NCBI GenBank assembly: GCA_965223905.1
Contig: CBDCXV010000001.1
Span: forward strand, 224,001 to 288,000
Length of the DNA: 64,000 bases
Origin: Candidatus Latescibacterota bacterium
Lineage (GTDB): Bacteria; Latescibacterota; UBA2968; UBA8231
Reading direction: 5' to 3'
Shown in pieces: positions 37,497-47,008 of this stretch (within the stretch, counting starts at the first letter, position 1; each line of letters starts with the position of its first letter). The notes under the pieces were generated by a model. The model searched no databases. It was not told where the DNA came from and saw only the letters and a list, made by a program, of their open reading frames with translations. A program made the position numbers and the translations under genes.

Positions 37497-38744
37497 ATGG
37501 GCACCGGAGCTCATGATCCCTACGCCGCCTTCCGGGTGGCGAACTTCCGCCGCTATCTGTACGGCCGCGTCGGCCTCGCGGTCGGCACCCACGTTCAGGA
37601 AATCGCCGTCGGCTGGGAGATGTACCAGCGCACCGGAGAGGCGCTGGCTCTGGGGATGGTCGGCTTGGTGCAGGCGGTGCCCTGGATGGCACTGGCTCTT
37701 CCCGCCGGGTACCTGGCGGATCGCTTCGACCGGCGGCGGGTGGCCCTGCTCAGCCTGACCGGGGCCACCCTCACCTCGCTGGGACTGGCAGCCCTGTCGA
37801 TTGCTGAGGGACCGGTAGAGGCGATGTACGCCCTGTTGCTTCTCGATGCGGCCTCCAACGTCCTCGGAAGTCCGGCGCGTACAGCCCTGCTGCCGCAAAT
37901 CGTGCCGCGACCGGTCTTCCACAACGCCGTCACCTGGAACAGCAGCATGTGGCAGCTGACATCGGTGCTGGGTCCGGCCGCAGGCGGTCTGGTGATCGTC
38001 TGGTCGGTTCCCGCCGCCTATTTCTGCGCCGCCGCAGGTTCCCTCGTTTTCATCTTCATGTTCGGCCGCATCCGACTGCAGCGGGACGAACGCGAGGCAG
38101 CGCCGACCTCCGCGGCCATGATTCTGGGAGGTGTCCGCTACATCTGGCGCTCGCGGCTGGTGCTCGCCGCGGTCAGCCTCGACATGTTCGCCGTGCTGTT
38201 CGGCGGCGCCGTCTACCTGCTTCCCATCTTCGCCAAGGACATCCTCGAGGTGGGAGCCGGCGGCCTCGGCTGGCTTCGCGCCGCCCCTGCGGCCGGGGCT
38301 TTCTGCATGGCCATCCTGCTGGCCCACTTGCCGCCGATGCGGAAGAGCGGTCGCAATCTCCTGTGGTGCGTCGCCGGATTCGGGATGGCCACCATCATCT
38401 TCGGCCTGTCGGCCTCGTTCTGGCTGTCCCTCGCCATGCTGTTTCTCACCGGCGCCTTCGACCAGGTGAGCATGGTGATCCGCCACACCCTGGTTCAGCT
38501 GCTGACCCCGGACGAGATGCGGGGCCGTGTCACCGCGGTCAACAGCGTCTTCATCTCCGCTTCCAACAACCTGGGCGGCATGGAATCAGGTCTCGTCGCG
38601 CATTGGTTCGGTCCGGTTTTCTCGGTGGTAAGCGGCGGTATCGGCTCGATCCTGGTGGTCGCCCTCACCGCAGCCGCCTCGCCCCGGCTGCGACGGTTCG
38701 GATCGCTGCGCGACGTGCAGAGCGAGCGCCACCCGGTTTCTTGA
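37497..38744 (+). CDS. MFS transporter (EntS/DHA3-like)
   Basis: AGYLADRFDRRR motif A; about 12 TMs; PDEMRGRV. Confidence 0.92.
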   Translation: MGTGAHDPYAAFRVANFRRYLYGRVGLAVGTHVQEIAVGWEMYQRTGEALALGMVGLVQAVPWMALALPAGYLADRFDRRRVALLSLTGATLTSLGLAALSIAEGPVEAMYALLLLDAASNVLGSPARTALLPQIVPRPVFHNAVTWNSSMWQLTSVLGPAAGGLVIVWSVPAAYFCAAAGSLVFIFMFGRIRLQRDEREAAPTSAAMILGGVRYIWRSRLVLAAVSLDMFAVLFGGAVYLLPIFAKDILEVGAGGLGWLRAAPAAGAFCMAILLAHLPPMRKSGRNLLWCVAGFGMATIIFGLSASFWLSLAMLFLTGAFDQVSMVIRHTLVQLLTPDEMRGRVTAVNSVFISASNNLGGMESGLVAHWFGPVFSVVSGGIGSILVVALTAAASPRLRRFGSLRDVQSERHPVS

Positions 38745-38770
38745 CACTCCCGGGATCCGGCGGCGACAAT
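38741..38770 (+). promoter_or_regulatory. Putative sigma-70 promoter
   Basis: TTGACA (38741-38746), 18-bp spacer, GACAAT (38765-38770). Confidence 0.5.
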
Positions 38771-38810
38771 AGTAGACCGGTTCAGACAGCCGCCTGATCT
38801 CCCACCGACT

Positions 38811-39917
38811 ATGCACATGAAAATCACCGGCGTACAGACCGTTCGAGTACCGACGCTGCGCCACGCCGAGCTGGGGTACCTCGTGCTCGTCCATACGGAC
38901 GAGGGAATTACCGGCCTCGGTGAGGTCGCATCCGACTGCCACCGCGACACCGTGGCGCACGCGATCGGGCAGATGGACCTCATCGGGCGCGACGCGAGCC
39001 GCATCGAGTCGTTCTGGCTGTCGTTCGGCCTCCGCGACACGTTCTGGCGCGGCGGACCGATCTGGTACTCCGCGGTCAGCGCGGTCGAGCAGGCGCTGTG
39101 GGATATCAAGGGCAGGCAGCTCGGCGTTCCGGTGTACGAGCTTCTCGGAGGGCGGGTGCGGGACCGGATCAAGCTCTACACCCACACCCGCTTCGGCGAC
39201 ACGACTCCCGGAGATTTCGCCGCCTCCGCGGCCGACGCCGTTGCCGCGGGATTCTCCGCGGTGAAGTTCGATCCACTCGGCAACGCCCATCAGTCCATGA
39301 GCCCGCAGGAGATGCGCCTCGCCGTCGACCGCGTACGCGCGACCCGCGAGGCGATCGGTCCCGACGCCGGCCTGCTGATCGAGGGGCACGGCCGCCTGAG
39401 TCCCAACATGGCGATCCGCATGGCCCACCGCTTCGAGGAGTTCGACCCGTTCTTTTTCGAGGAGCCGGTCGCGCCGGAGAACGTCGATGAAATGGCCAAG
39501 GTGGCGGCCTCGGTGAATGTTCCGATCGCCACAGGGGAGCGGCTCTACACCCGCTGGGGATTCCGCGACCTGCTCGAAAAACAGGCCGCCGACTACATAC
39601 AGCCCGACCTATGCCACTGCGGCGGGTTCGCCGAGGGACGCAAGATCGCCGCCATGGCCGAGACCTACCACGTGCACGTGCTGCCCCACAATCCCAACGG
39701 TCCCATCTCGACGCTGGTCGGCCTGCATCTGGGCGCTTGCACCCCCAATTTCGAAATGCTCGAATACCCGCGCCGTCCCGACGACGTGGTGCCTCTCTTG
39801 AAGGGTGTGCCGGAACCATCCGGCGGGCATATCGACGTGCCCGACGGACCGGGATGGGGTGTCGAAGTCGACGAAGAGGTGCTCGCAGACCTCGTGGCCC
39901 GCCAGGAAGGAATTTGA
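38811..39917 (+). CDS. Mandelate racemase/galactonate dehydratase-like enolase-superfamily enzyme
   Basis: TDEGITGLGE, ALWDIKG, KFD, FFEEP, IATGERL, QPD..HCGG, PHNP. Confidence 0.92.
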   Translation: MHMKITGVQTVRVPTLRHAELGYLVLVHTDEGITGLGEVASDCHRDTVAHAIGQMDLIGRDASRIESFWLSFGLRDTFWRGGPIWYSAVSAVEQALWDIKGRQLGVPVYELLGGRVRDRIKLYTHTRFGDTTPGDFAASAADAVAAGFSAVKFDPLGNAHQSMSPQEMRLAVDRVRATREAIGPDAGLLIEGHGRLSPNMAIRMAHRFEEFDPFFFEEPVAPENVDEMAKVAASVNVPIATGERLYTRWGFRDLLEKQAADYIQPDLCHCGGFAEGRKIAAMAETYHVHVLPHNPNGPISTLVGLHLGACTPNFEMLEYPRRPDDVVPLLKGVPEPSGGHIDVPDGPGWGVEVDEEVLADLVARQEGI

Positions 39918-39921
39918 ACCA

Positions 39922-40965
39922 ATGCCAGATACGTACAATGCCGCCATCATCGGCCTGGGGTTCATCGGCGGAGGGGACCAGGTCTCGGGGGATGCCCTGG
40001 GGCAGCGCGTGGAGAACCTCGACGGCACCCACTTCAGCGCCCTTTCGCAGCATCCCAGGATCGAGCTGGTCGCCGGCAGCAGCCGCGACGAGGGGCGGCG
40101 ACAGCGCTTCGCCGAACGCTCCGGGGGCTGCCGCACCTACGCCGACTGGAGCGAGCTACTCGACCGGGAGCAGATCGACATCGCCAGCGTCGCCACCTAT
40201 GCCCCGCAGCACGCCGAGGTCGCCATCGCCTGCGCCCGGTCCGGGGTGAAGGTGATCTACTGCGAAAAACCGGTTGCCCAGACCTTGCCCGACGCCGAGG
40301 CGATGCTCGAGGCCTGCGCGGAGTCCGGAACCCTCTTGGTCGTCAACCACAACCGCCGCTTCACCGCCGACTTCCGCTTGCTGCGCGACCGCATCGCCGC
40401 CGGTGATCTCGGCGATCTCACCTCTATCTCGGTGCAGTGGCCGGCAGGCAGACTGGGTAACGTCGGAACCCACGTCTTCGACGCGGTGCGCATGGCCTCG
40501 GGCCGCAAGGTCGAAGCGGTGTCCGGCACCCTCGACCTTGCGGGCAAGCCGGACTGCCGCGGTCCGGGTTTCAATGATCCGGGCGGCTGGGGTCTGCTCC
40601 GCCTCGAAGGAGGGCTGATCGCCACCGTCGACGCCGCCGACTACGCAACCATCCCGATGCGCGTCTGCTTCAACGGCACCAGTGCCAGGGCGGCCTGCGA
40701 GTTCGAGGAAATTGCGATCGAATTCGCCTCCGGCGGCAGTGAGCGCCTCACCGCGCCGGGTCCGCAGAGTTCCGCCATGGACGTCGCCGTGGGGGAGATC
40801 GTCGACTGGCTCGACGGCAGGGGGGCCTTTCTCTACGACGCGCAAGAAGCGGTCGACACTCTCGAAACCATCGTCGCCTTCCACGCCTCCCACCGCCGCG
40901 ACGCGGCCTGGACGGCGCTGCCCCTGCGGGGAGCCGACCGCGAGATCGTAGTCAACAGCGGCTGA
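39922..40965 (+). CDS. Gfo/Idh/MocA oxidoreductase
   Basis: AIIGLGFIG, CEKP, NHNRRF, GTHVFD. Confidence 0.92.
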   Translation: MPDTYNAAIIGLGFIGGGDQVSGDALGQRVENLDGTHFSALSQHPRIELVAGSSRDEGRRQRFAERSGGCRTYADWSELLDREQIDIASVATYAPQHAEVAIACARSGVKVIYCEKPVAQTLPDAEAMLEACAESGTLLVVNHNRRFTADFRLLRDRIAAGDLGDLTSISVQWPAGRLGNVGTHVFDAVRMASGRKVEAVSGTLDLAGKPDCRGPGFNDPGGWGLLRLEGGLIATVDAADYATIPMRVCFNGTSARAACEFEEIAIEFASGGSERLTAPGPQSSAMDVAVGEIVDWLDGRGAFLYDAQEAVDTLETIVAFHASHRRDAAWTALPLRGADREIVVNSG

Positions 40966-41174
40966 AAGGGGCAGCCGGCGTCCGGCGAGGACGACGAAGG
41001 CCGCCAGCTTCACCCCCGCTTCAGGTGCTCGATTTTGTGTCCTGTCCAGCTCAGGTATCCTGCCAATTCTTCCGCCGATTGATCCCCTCGGCCGCTGGAT
41101 TTTGGCAATTTTTTTTTCGTGACGGGACACTCGCGGGCTATATACAGCCAATCAACTCAAGAAAGGATACCGAT

Positions 41175-41897
41175 ATGTTCGGGAAAATCACCAACGAGCA
41201 CGGGGAAACGATCGATTATACTTGTCACGACGGCGGCGGCGACAGCCTTGCCGTACTGGGACACGGCGTTACCGGAAACAAGGACCGCCCCTTCGTGAAA
41301 GCCCTCGCCGAGGGCCTGTCCGCGGCCGGCATCTCGGCGTTGCGCCTTTCGTTTTCCGGCAACGGCAGGTCGGGCGGCCGCTTCCAGGACTGCACGGTCA
41401 GCAAGGAGGTCGCCGATCTGGGAGCCGTCCTCGACGCCGTCGGTGACCGCCGCGTCGGCTACGTCGGTCACAGCATGGGGGGAGCGGTCGGCGTCATCCG
41501 CGCCAGCGAGGACGAGCGCCTGCGATGGCTGGTTTCGCTAGCGGGCATGGTTCACACCGAAGCCTTCGCGCAGCGCGAGTTCGGCGACGTCGTACCCGGC
41601 TCCGGGTTCATGTGGGAGGACGAGGATTGTCCCCTGTCACAGGTCTTCATGGACGACATGGCCGCCATCTCCACCGTCGCCGATCGCGGCGCTGCGATCG
41701 GCGTTCCCTGGCTGCTGGTCCACGGCAGCGAGGACGATGTCGTGCCGCTCGAGGATTCGCGCGACATCGTGGCCCGGGCCGGAGAACCGAAGCGCCGCCT
41801 CCTCGAGATCGAGGGGGCCGACCACGTCTTCAGCGATGGCGCTACCGAGGCCATGGTCGCGGCCGTTGTCGAGTGGATTCAGGAGTCGGCTGGATAG
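41175..41897 (+). CDS. Alpha/beta hydrolase
   Basis: GHSMG nucleophile elbow, HGSEDDVVP, GADH; AAGGA SD. Confidence 0.92.
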   Translation: MFGKITNEHGETIDYTCHDGGGDSLAVLGHGVTGNKDRPFVKALAEGLSAAGISALRLSFSGNGRSGGRFQDCTVSKEVADLGAVLDAVGDRRVGYVGHSMGGAVGVIRASEDERLRWLVSLAGMVHTEAFAQREFGDVVPGSGFMWEDEDCPLSQVFMDDMAAISTVADRGAAIGVPWLLVHGSEDDVVPLEDSRDIVARAGEPKRRLLEIEGADHVFSDGATEAMVAAVVEWIQESAG

Positions 41898-42721
41898 ACC
41901 TGCGACGGGTCTGCGACCCATCTCTCGGTGCCGCTTCGGGCCAATAGCACCCCGTCCGACAGGGAGGTGAAGTCGCTGCCCGTTTTCACGAACAGGTGCG
42001 GGTCTCTCCGGTACTCGGCGATGCCCTCCGCGAGCACGTCGCAAGCTCGGAGCAAACGGCAGATCGCGTTGCCGGCCGTCCCCTTTCTCACCAGTCCCCG
42101 TCCTTCGAGCAGGCACCCGAACTTGTTGAAGTCGTTGCCGGCGAACCCTTTCTTCGGGCTGAAGGCGCAGGTCGGCAGGCTCCTGCGGGAACCGTCGGCC
42201 TCCACGACCTGTGCCTCGACCGGCACCCACTCGCGGTACGGCACCTTGACCATCTGCTCGACGACGTGAAACTGGGTGCAGCGGGTGTACGGTACGCCGA
42301 GCAGCAGGATATCGGCATCGAGCTCGAACAGCTGCCCGAAGGGGCCGTCGGCGGCCCACGCGGAGGCTCCGTGGCGACAAGTGAGCTCGGCGCTCCGAGG
42401 TCCTGCCGCGGCGACGGAATGAAGGTAGTGCCGGCTGCGCCGGGCATCCGGAAGGCAGCGTACCTCCTCGGAAATCGCTCCCATCTGCGAACGGTCCCGC
42501 CGCGGATCGAAAACCGGGCCGGGATGGGAGAAGGTAAACGCCGGCACTGCCAGGGTGCCGTCGCTTCCGAGCACCTCGCGGATCGCAGCAACCACTTCAT
42601 ACGCTCCGCCGGCGACGCTACCGATGCTGCTCAGCGAGCTGTGCACGAACAGCACCGAGCCCCTGCGCACCCCGATTTCACCGAGGGCGGGGGCGATCTG
42701 TTGTCGCGTTATTCCGGTCAT
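41879..42721 (-). CDS. AAC(3)-family (Antibiotic_NAT/YokD-like) N-acetyltransferase
   Basis: VHSSLSSIG..AGGA, GTLAVPAFT, MGAISE, RRSRH..HS, LLLGV...CTQFHVVE. Confidence 0.9.
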   Translation of the reverse strand: MTGITRQQIAPALGEIGVRRGSVLFVHSSLSSIGSVAGGAYEVVAAIREVLGSDGTLAVPAFTFSHPGPVFDPRRDRSQMGAISEEVRCLPDARRSRHYLHSVAAAGPRSAELTCRHGASAWAADGPFGQLFELDADILLLGVPYTRCTQFHVVEQMVKVPYREWVPVEAQVVEADGSRRSLPTCAFSPKKGFAGNDFNKFGCLLEGRGLVRKGTAGNAICRLLRACDVLAEGIAEYRRDPHLFVKTGSDFTSLSDGVLLARSGTERWVADPSQVYPADS

Positions 42722-42835
42722 CGTATGATGTAGGCCATGCTGGCGGGGGAAAGCCCATACCACGCTCCGCCATCCGCCTGTTGCGGCCCTTGCTTTCGCG
42801 GTTTCGGGTTGCCGGCGCAAACACTGGAGTCACTC

Positions 42836-43918
42836 ATGGAAAATCAGTATCGGGTCGGAATCGTCGGGTGCGGGGGCATGGGCCGCTCGCATGCCCAGGC
42901 GTTCGCGGGCCTCGATAAAACGTTGGTAGTTGCGGCCTCGGACATCGACGCCCAGGCGGCGCAGGCACTTGCCGTGGAGCATTTCATCCCTGCCGTTTAC
43001 GGCGACTACCGCGAGATGCTGGAGAAGGAGGATCTCGACATCGTCAGCGTACCGACCTGGCAGGGGGTGCGCGCCGAGATCACCGTCGCCGCGGCCCGGA
43101 GCGGCGTCAAGGGGGTGATCGGCGAGAAGCCGATGGCCGATTGTCTCGGCGGCGCCGACGACATGATGGAAGCCTGCAGCAGGCACGGCGTCAAACTGGC
43201 GATCGGGCATCACGGCCGTTTTACGCCAACCCTGAACGAGATTCGCCGGCTGGTCGCCGACGGCGCCATCGGCGAGCCGACGATGCTGTACCATCGCGCC
43301 AAGCCGAATGCCGGGCTGCTCAACACCGGGACCCATGCCGTCGACAGCTGGCGCTACATCCTGGGTGATCCGGAAACCGAGTGGGTCATCGGCAATTTCT
43401 CACGCACCACCGATCGCTGGGAAAGGCGCAGTCCCTGCGAAGATCTGTGCATGGGACTGGTCTGTTTTGCCGGTGGAGCCCGCGGGGTGTACGAAGGGGA
43501 CCTGCCTGAGCCGGCCGCATCGATGCCGGTGATTTCGGGCACCGAAGGCCAGATCCGCACCGAGAACCAGGGCCCTATTCCGTCGGGGCGAATCTTTCTG
43601 CAACGCTTGGATCACAGCTCGTGGATCGAGGTCGAACCTCCCCCGGTGCCGACGACGCAATACCAGGAACTGATCGATTGGATCGAGGGAAAGGTGGCCG
43701 ACCACCGCGGCAACGGTCGCCAGGCGCGGGCAACGCTGGAGGTCCTGATGGGGATCTTCGAGTCGCAGCGCACAAGAAACGTGGTGACCATGCCGTTGCG
43801 GACCCGCGAATTCCCGCTGGACCTGATGATCGCCGACGGCAGCCTGCCGGTGCTGGTAGAGGGGCGTTACGACCTTCGCCGGCCCTTCCCCGAAGAGTTG
43901 GAACGAAGTAAACCATAG
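42836..43918 (+). CDS. Gfo/Idh/MocA oxidoreductase
   Basis: GIVGCGGMG, GEKPMA, GTHAVD; GGAG SD. Confidence 0.92.
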   Translation: MENQYRVGIVGCGGMGRSHAQAFAGLDKTLVVAASDIDAQAAQALAVEHFIPAVYGDYREMLEKEDLDIVSVPTWQGVRAEITVAAARSGVKGVIGEKPMADCLGGADDMMEACSRHGVKLAIGHHGRFTPTLNEIRRLVADGAIGEPTMLYHRAKPNAGLLNTGTHAVDSWRYILGDPETEWVIGNFSRTTDRWERRSPCEDLCMGLVCFAGGARGVYEGDLPEPAASMPVISGTEGQIRTENQGPIPSGRIFLQRLDHSSWIEVEPPPVPTTQYQELIDWIEGKVADHRGNGRQARATLEVLMGIFESQRTRNVVTMPLRTREFPLDLMIADGSLPVLVEGRYDLRRPFPEELERSKP

Positions 43919-43935
43919 GCGGACCCGGGAATCTG

Positions 43936-44370
43936 ATGGTGGAAAAAACCGCATACCCGATGTCCGGCCCGATCGCCGGGGAGGGTGCCTTCTCAGGACC
44001 GCTGGCGTTTTCGAACGCCGTCCGCGTCGGCAGCGGTGATCTGCTGTTCGTTTCGGGCCAGCTGGCGTTCGACGACGACATGAACATTGTCGGCACCGGG
44101 GACATGCGCGCGCAGACGAGACAGGTACTGCTCAACATCGGCAAGGCGTTGGAGGCGGCAGGTGCGACCTTCGACGATGTAGTGCGGGTCCAGGTTTTCG
44201 TCACCGATCTGAGCGATTTCCGCGCCATTCACGAGGTGCGCCTCGAGTTCTTCGACCGCGGCCGGCTGCCTTCCTCGACCCTGGTCAAAGTTGCCGGGCT
44301 CGCCCACCAGGACGCCATGATCGAAATCGACGCCGTCGCCGTGGTCGGCCCGGGGGAGGCTGCCGTATGA
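43936..44370 (+). CDS. RidA/YjgF-family protein
   Basis: LFVSGQ, DVVRV, PSSTLVKV, IEIDAVA. Confidence 0.9.
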   Translation: MVEKTAYPMSGPIAGEGAFSGPLAFSNAVRVGSGDLLFVSGQLAFDDDMNIVGTGDMRAQTRQVLLNIGKALEAAGATFDDVVRVQVFVTDLSDFRAIHEVRLEFFDRGRLPSSTLVKVAGLAHQDAMIEIDAVAVVGPGEAAV

Positions 44371-45197
44371 GAGGAGCGATGCATCTTTCCGACGCACAAA
44401 TCCGGCAGTTCTGCAACAAGGGGTACGTCGCCGGCCCACCCGTTCTCGACGACAGGCAGATCGACAAGCTGAAGCGCCGAATCGACGGGCTGCTCGACGG
44501 CAGCGTCGACCACCCCGAGCACCTCATGGGGGAAACGGTGGAACGCTCCCGCGCCAAGGGCCAGCTCCCGTCGCAGAAGATCGTCAACCTTTTCCGCTAT
44601 GACCCCGTTTTCGCCGATGTCCTGGCAAACGAGGCTATCGGCAGCCTGGCCCACGACCTCGCCGAAGCGCCGGTGCGCGTCTGGGAGGACCAGATGATCT
44701 ACAAGCCCCCGCGCGAGGAGGCGGCGGTGCTCGCGTGGCATCGCGACTACACCTTCTGGGACCACGTCGGTCCGCCCGAGCTGTTCACCTGCTGGATCGC
44801 CCTCGACGACGCAACCGCCGCCAACGGCTGCATGTGCGTTGTTCCGGGGAGTCACCGGTGGGAGATGCCGTTCAGACGCGAGGACGTCGACGTCGGCGAC
44901 CCGCACTGGGTACTCGAGCAGGAGGGTGTTCCAGAGGGGGCCGATCTCACCCCGGTTCCCTGCGAGGTAAAGGCCGGACACTGCCACTTCCATCACTGCA
45001 GAACCCTCCACGGATCGTACGGAAACAGCACCGACAACCCCCGCTACAGCTACATCCTGCACCTCATGCCCGGCACCACGCGCCGCCTCGGCGACAGCTG
45101 GAACGAGCGCATGGCGCGCGTTGAAAACGTCGACGTCGGCGAGGTGGTGCAGGGCCCGCAATACCCCGAACTGGCCGCGCCGCCGGCAAGCCCATGA
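44367..45197 (+). CDS. Phytanoyl-CoA dioxygenase (PhyH)-family Fe(II)/2OG enzyme
   Basis: WHRD, WIALDDA...NGCM..VPGSH, LHGS..N....R. Confidence 0.92.
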   Translation: MRGAMHLSDAQIRQFCNKGYVAGPPVLDDRQIDKLKRRIDGLLDGSVDHPEHLMGETVERSRAKGQLPSQKIVNLFRYDPVFADVLANEAIGSLAHDLAEAPVRVWEDQMIYKPPREEAAVLAWHRDYTFWDHVGPPELFTCWIALDDATAANGCMCVVPGSHRWEMPFRREDVDVGDPHWVLEQEGVPEGADLTPVPCEVKAGHCHFHHCRTLHGSYGNSTDNPRYSYILHLMPGTTRRLGDSWNERMARVENVDVGEVVQGPQYPELAAPPASP

Positions 45198-46213
45198 GCG
45201 AGCTGAGAATCGGCGTGGCCGGACTCGGCCACGGGCGCACCCTTCTCGGGGCCAACGACCCGCAAGGCCGCGATCTGCCGATGCGGGTGACGGCCCTGTG
45301 CGAGAAGCGGCCGAAGCTCCTGGAAAGCATCGCGCGGGAGTACGGAATCAATCAGGCAACCACGGAGTACGACGAGCTCGTCGCCCGGGACGACCTCGAC
45401 ATCATCGGCATCTACACACCGGGACCTCTGCACTCCGAACAGATCCTCAAGGCCCTCGACGCAGGCAAGCACGTCATGGTCACCAAGTCGATGGTCTACA
45501 CCATGGCGGAGGTCGAAGCGGTCGTCGAGGCCGTCGACCGCTCGGGGCTGGTGCTCCTGGTTACGCAGACGATGCGCGGGCGCTACGACCTGATGGAGGC
45601 AAAGCGCGCCTGCGACGCCGGGGAAATCGGCGAGCTGTTTCTGGGCGAGGCCCATTACATCCACGACCTGCGGCCGGTGTACGACTACTCGCCGTGGCGC
45701 CTCACCATGCCGCAGGACCTCATCCTCGGCGGCGCCTGCCATCCGATCGACCTGCTGCGCTGGTTTTTCGGCGATATCGAGGAGGTGCACTGTTACGGCC
45801 TGCGCAGCGGCGTGGCCCCGGATTACCCCCAGGAGGACAACTTCGTCATCAACGTGCGCTTCGCCGGCGGCGCCATCGGCCGCGTCGCCGCCTTCCTGGG
45901 AATGGTGCATCCCCCGGGCATTGGCGGCATCAGCCTTACCGTGTACGGCACCAGGGGGACCATCCGCGACAACCGCAAGGCGCTCGATCCGCGAGGCCTC
46001 GTTCCCGAGTCGGAACACACCGCTGAATTCCCCGGAGGCCGCGGTCACTACGGCGAGATGCAGGTGATGATGCGCCACATGGCGGACTGCGTTCTGAACG
46101 GGGCGGCCCCGTGGGTAGGCGTACGCGACGGAGCCCGGATCGTGTCGACGGGCCTCTCCTGCTGGGAGTCTCTTCGCAGCGGGGCGCCGGCAAAGGTGCG
46201 CAACGAGTTCTGA
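45194..46213 (+). CDS. Gfo/Idh/MocA oxidoreductase
   Basis: GVAGLGHG, AGKHV, variant TKSM in place of EKP, CHPID. Confidence 0.9.
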   Translation: MSELRIGVAGLGHGRTLLGANDPQGRDLPMRVTALCEKRPKLLESIAREYGINQATTEYDELVARDDLDIIGIYTPGPLHSEQILKALDAGKHVMVTKSMVYTMAEVEAVVEAVDRSGLVLLVTQTMRGRYDLMEAKRACDAGEIGELFLGEAHYIHDLRPVYDYSPWRLTMPQDLILGGACHPIDLLRWFFGDIEEVHCYGLRSGVAPDYPQEDNFVINVRFAGGAIGRVAAFLGMVHPPGIGGISLTVYGTRGTIRDNRKALDPRGLVPESEHTAEFPGGRGHYGEMQVMMRHMADCVLNGAAPWVGVRDGARIVSTGLSCWESLRSGAPAKVRNEF

Positions 46214-46244
46214 CTGCGCACCCCAACCCCCACGGCGCAGACCC

Positions 46245-46433
46245 TCACCCCCGCTCGGAAACCAACTGCCCCCCGACGGCCCAATGATCGGACTCGTACT
46301 CTTCGATCACGACCATGGTACCATCGCGCGGGGATTGGCAAATGTCGACAATGGCATCGGTGATGGCGGCGACAAGCTTCTTCTTCTGGTCATCCGAACG
46401 ACCCGGCAGCATCTTGACTTCGATGAATGGCAT
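46245..46433 (-). CDS. 4-oxalocrotonate tautomerase-family protein
   Basis: 62 aa, N-terminal Pro (MPFIEV), GRSDDQK, WAVGG; GGAG SD. Confidence 0.93.
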   Translation of the reverse strand: MPFIEVKMLPGRSDDQKKKLVAAITDAIVDICQSPRDGTMVVIEEYESDHWAVGGQLVSERG

Positions 46434-46483
46434 GTTGCGCGTCTCCTTCCGGTGTAGCCCACTGGTGTGGAATGATGAGTGTA

Positions 46484-46819
46484 ATGGATCGTGAAACTGT
46501 ATTGCAGTGGCTGGAGAAGTTTCGGGCGGGAACCCTCACCGAGAAAGACCTGGAGCAGGGTCTGGGCGCCAGCCGGACGCAAAGGTTGCTCTACCTGCAG
46601 TGCCGGTCAACAGCGGTCGATTCCGAGGTCCTCGGGATGGCCCTCGTCGAAAACGGAGAGCTCCTGGAGGGTCCCGGGAATCCCGGAGACTGGCCGTACG
46701 CATCGGTTGGTGAAGCAATGAGGGACGGCTGGCGGATCCTGAAATTTCCAGAGCTTTCGTTGCAGCTTCACGAAGACAAGACCGTCGGCTTCGGCTGCGA
46801 ATTCATCCTTGAAAAATGA
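46484..46819 (+). CDS. Hypothetical protein
   Basis: Coding-like ORF: QRLLYL...DSEVLG...WPYASVGEAMRDGWRI...CEFILEK. Confidence 0.7.
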   Translation: MDRETVLQWLEKFRAGTLTEKDLEQGLGASRTQRLLYLQCRSTAVDSEVLGMALVENGELLEGPGNPGDWPYASVGEAMRDGWRILKFPELSLQLHEDKTVGFGCEFILEK

Positions 46820-47008
46820 ACCCTTCAAGCTGTTTGGGTCGGCCATTTTGGACGCTCCTGGTCCATTCCCCCGCCGGCAAAAGTCTTCATCGACATGTTC
46901 CGCAAAGGATTCTCGATTCAGAGCTCTCGGAGCGAACGGCTCTGTGACTCGATTCGGGTCAGGTATGTAGCGGATCCTCCAAGGAATCCGTATATGGAAA
47001 AGGAAAAA

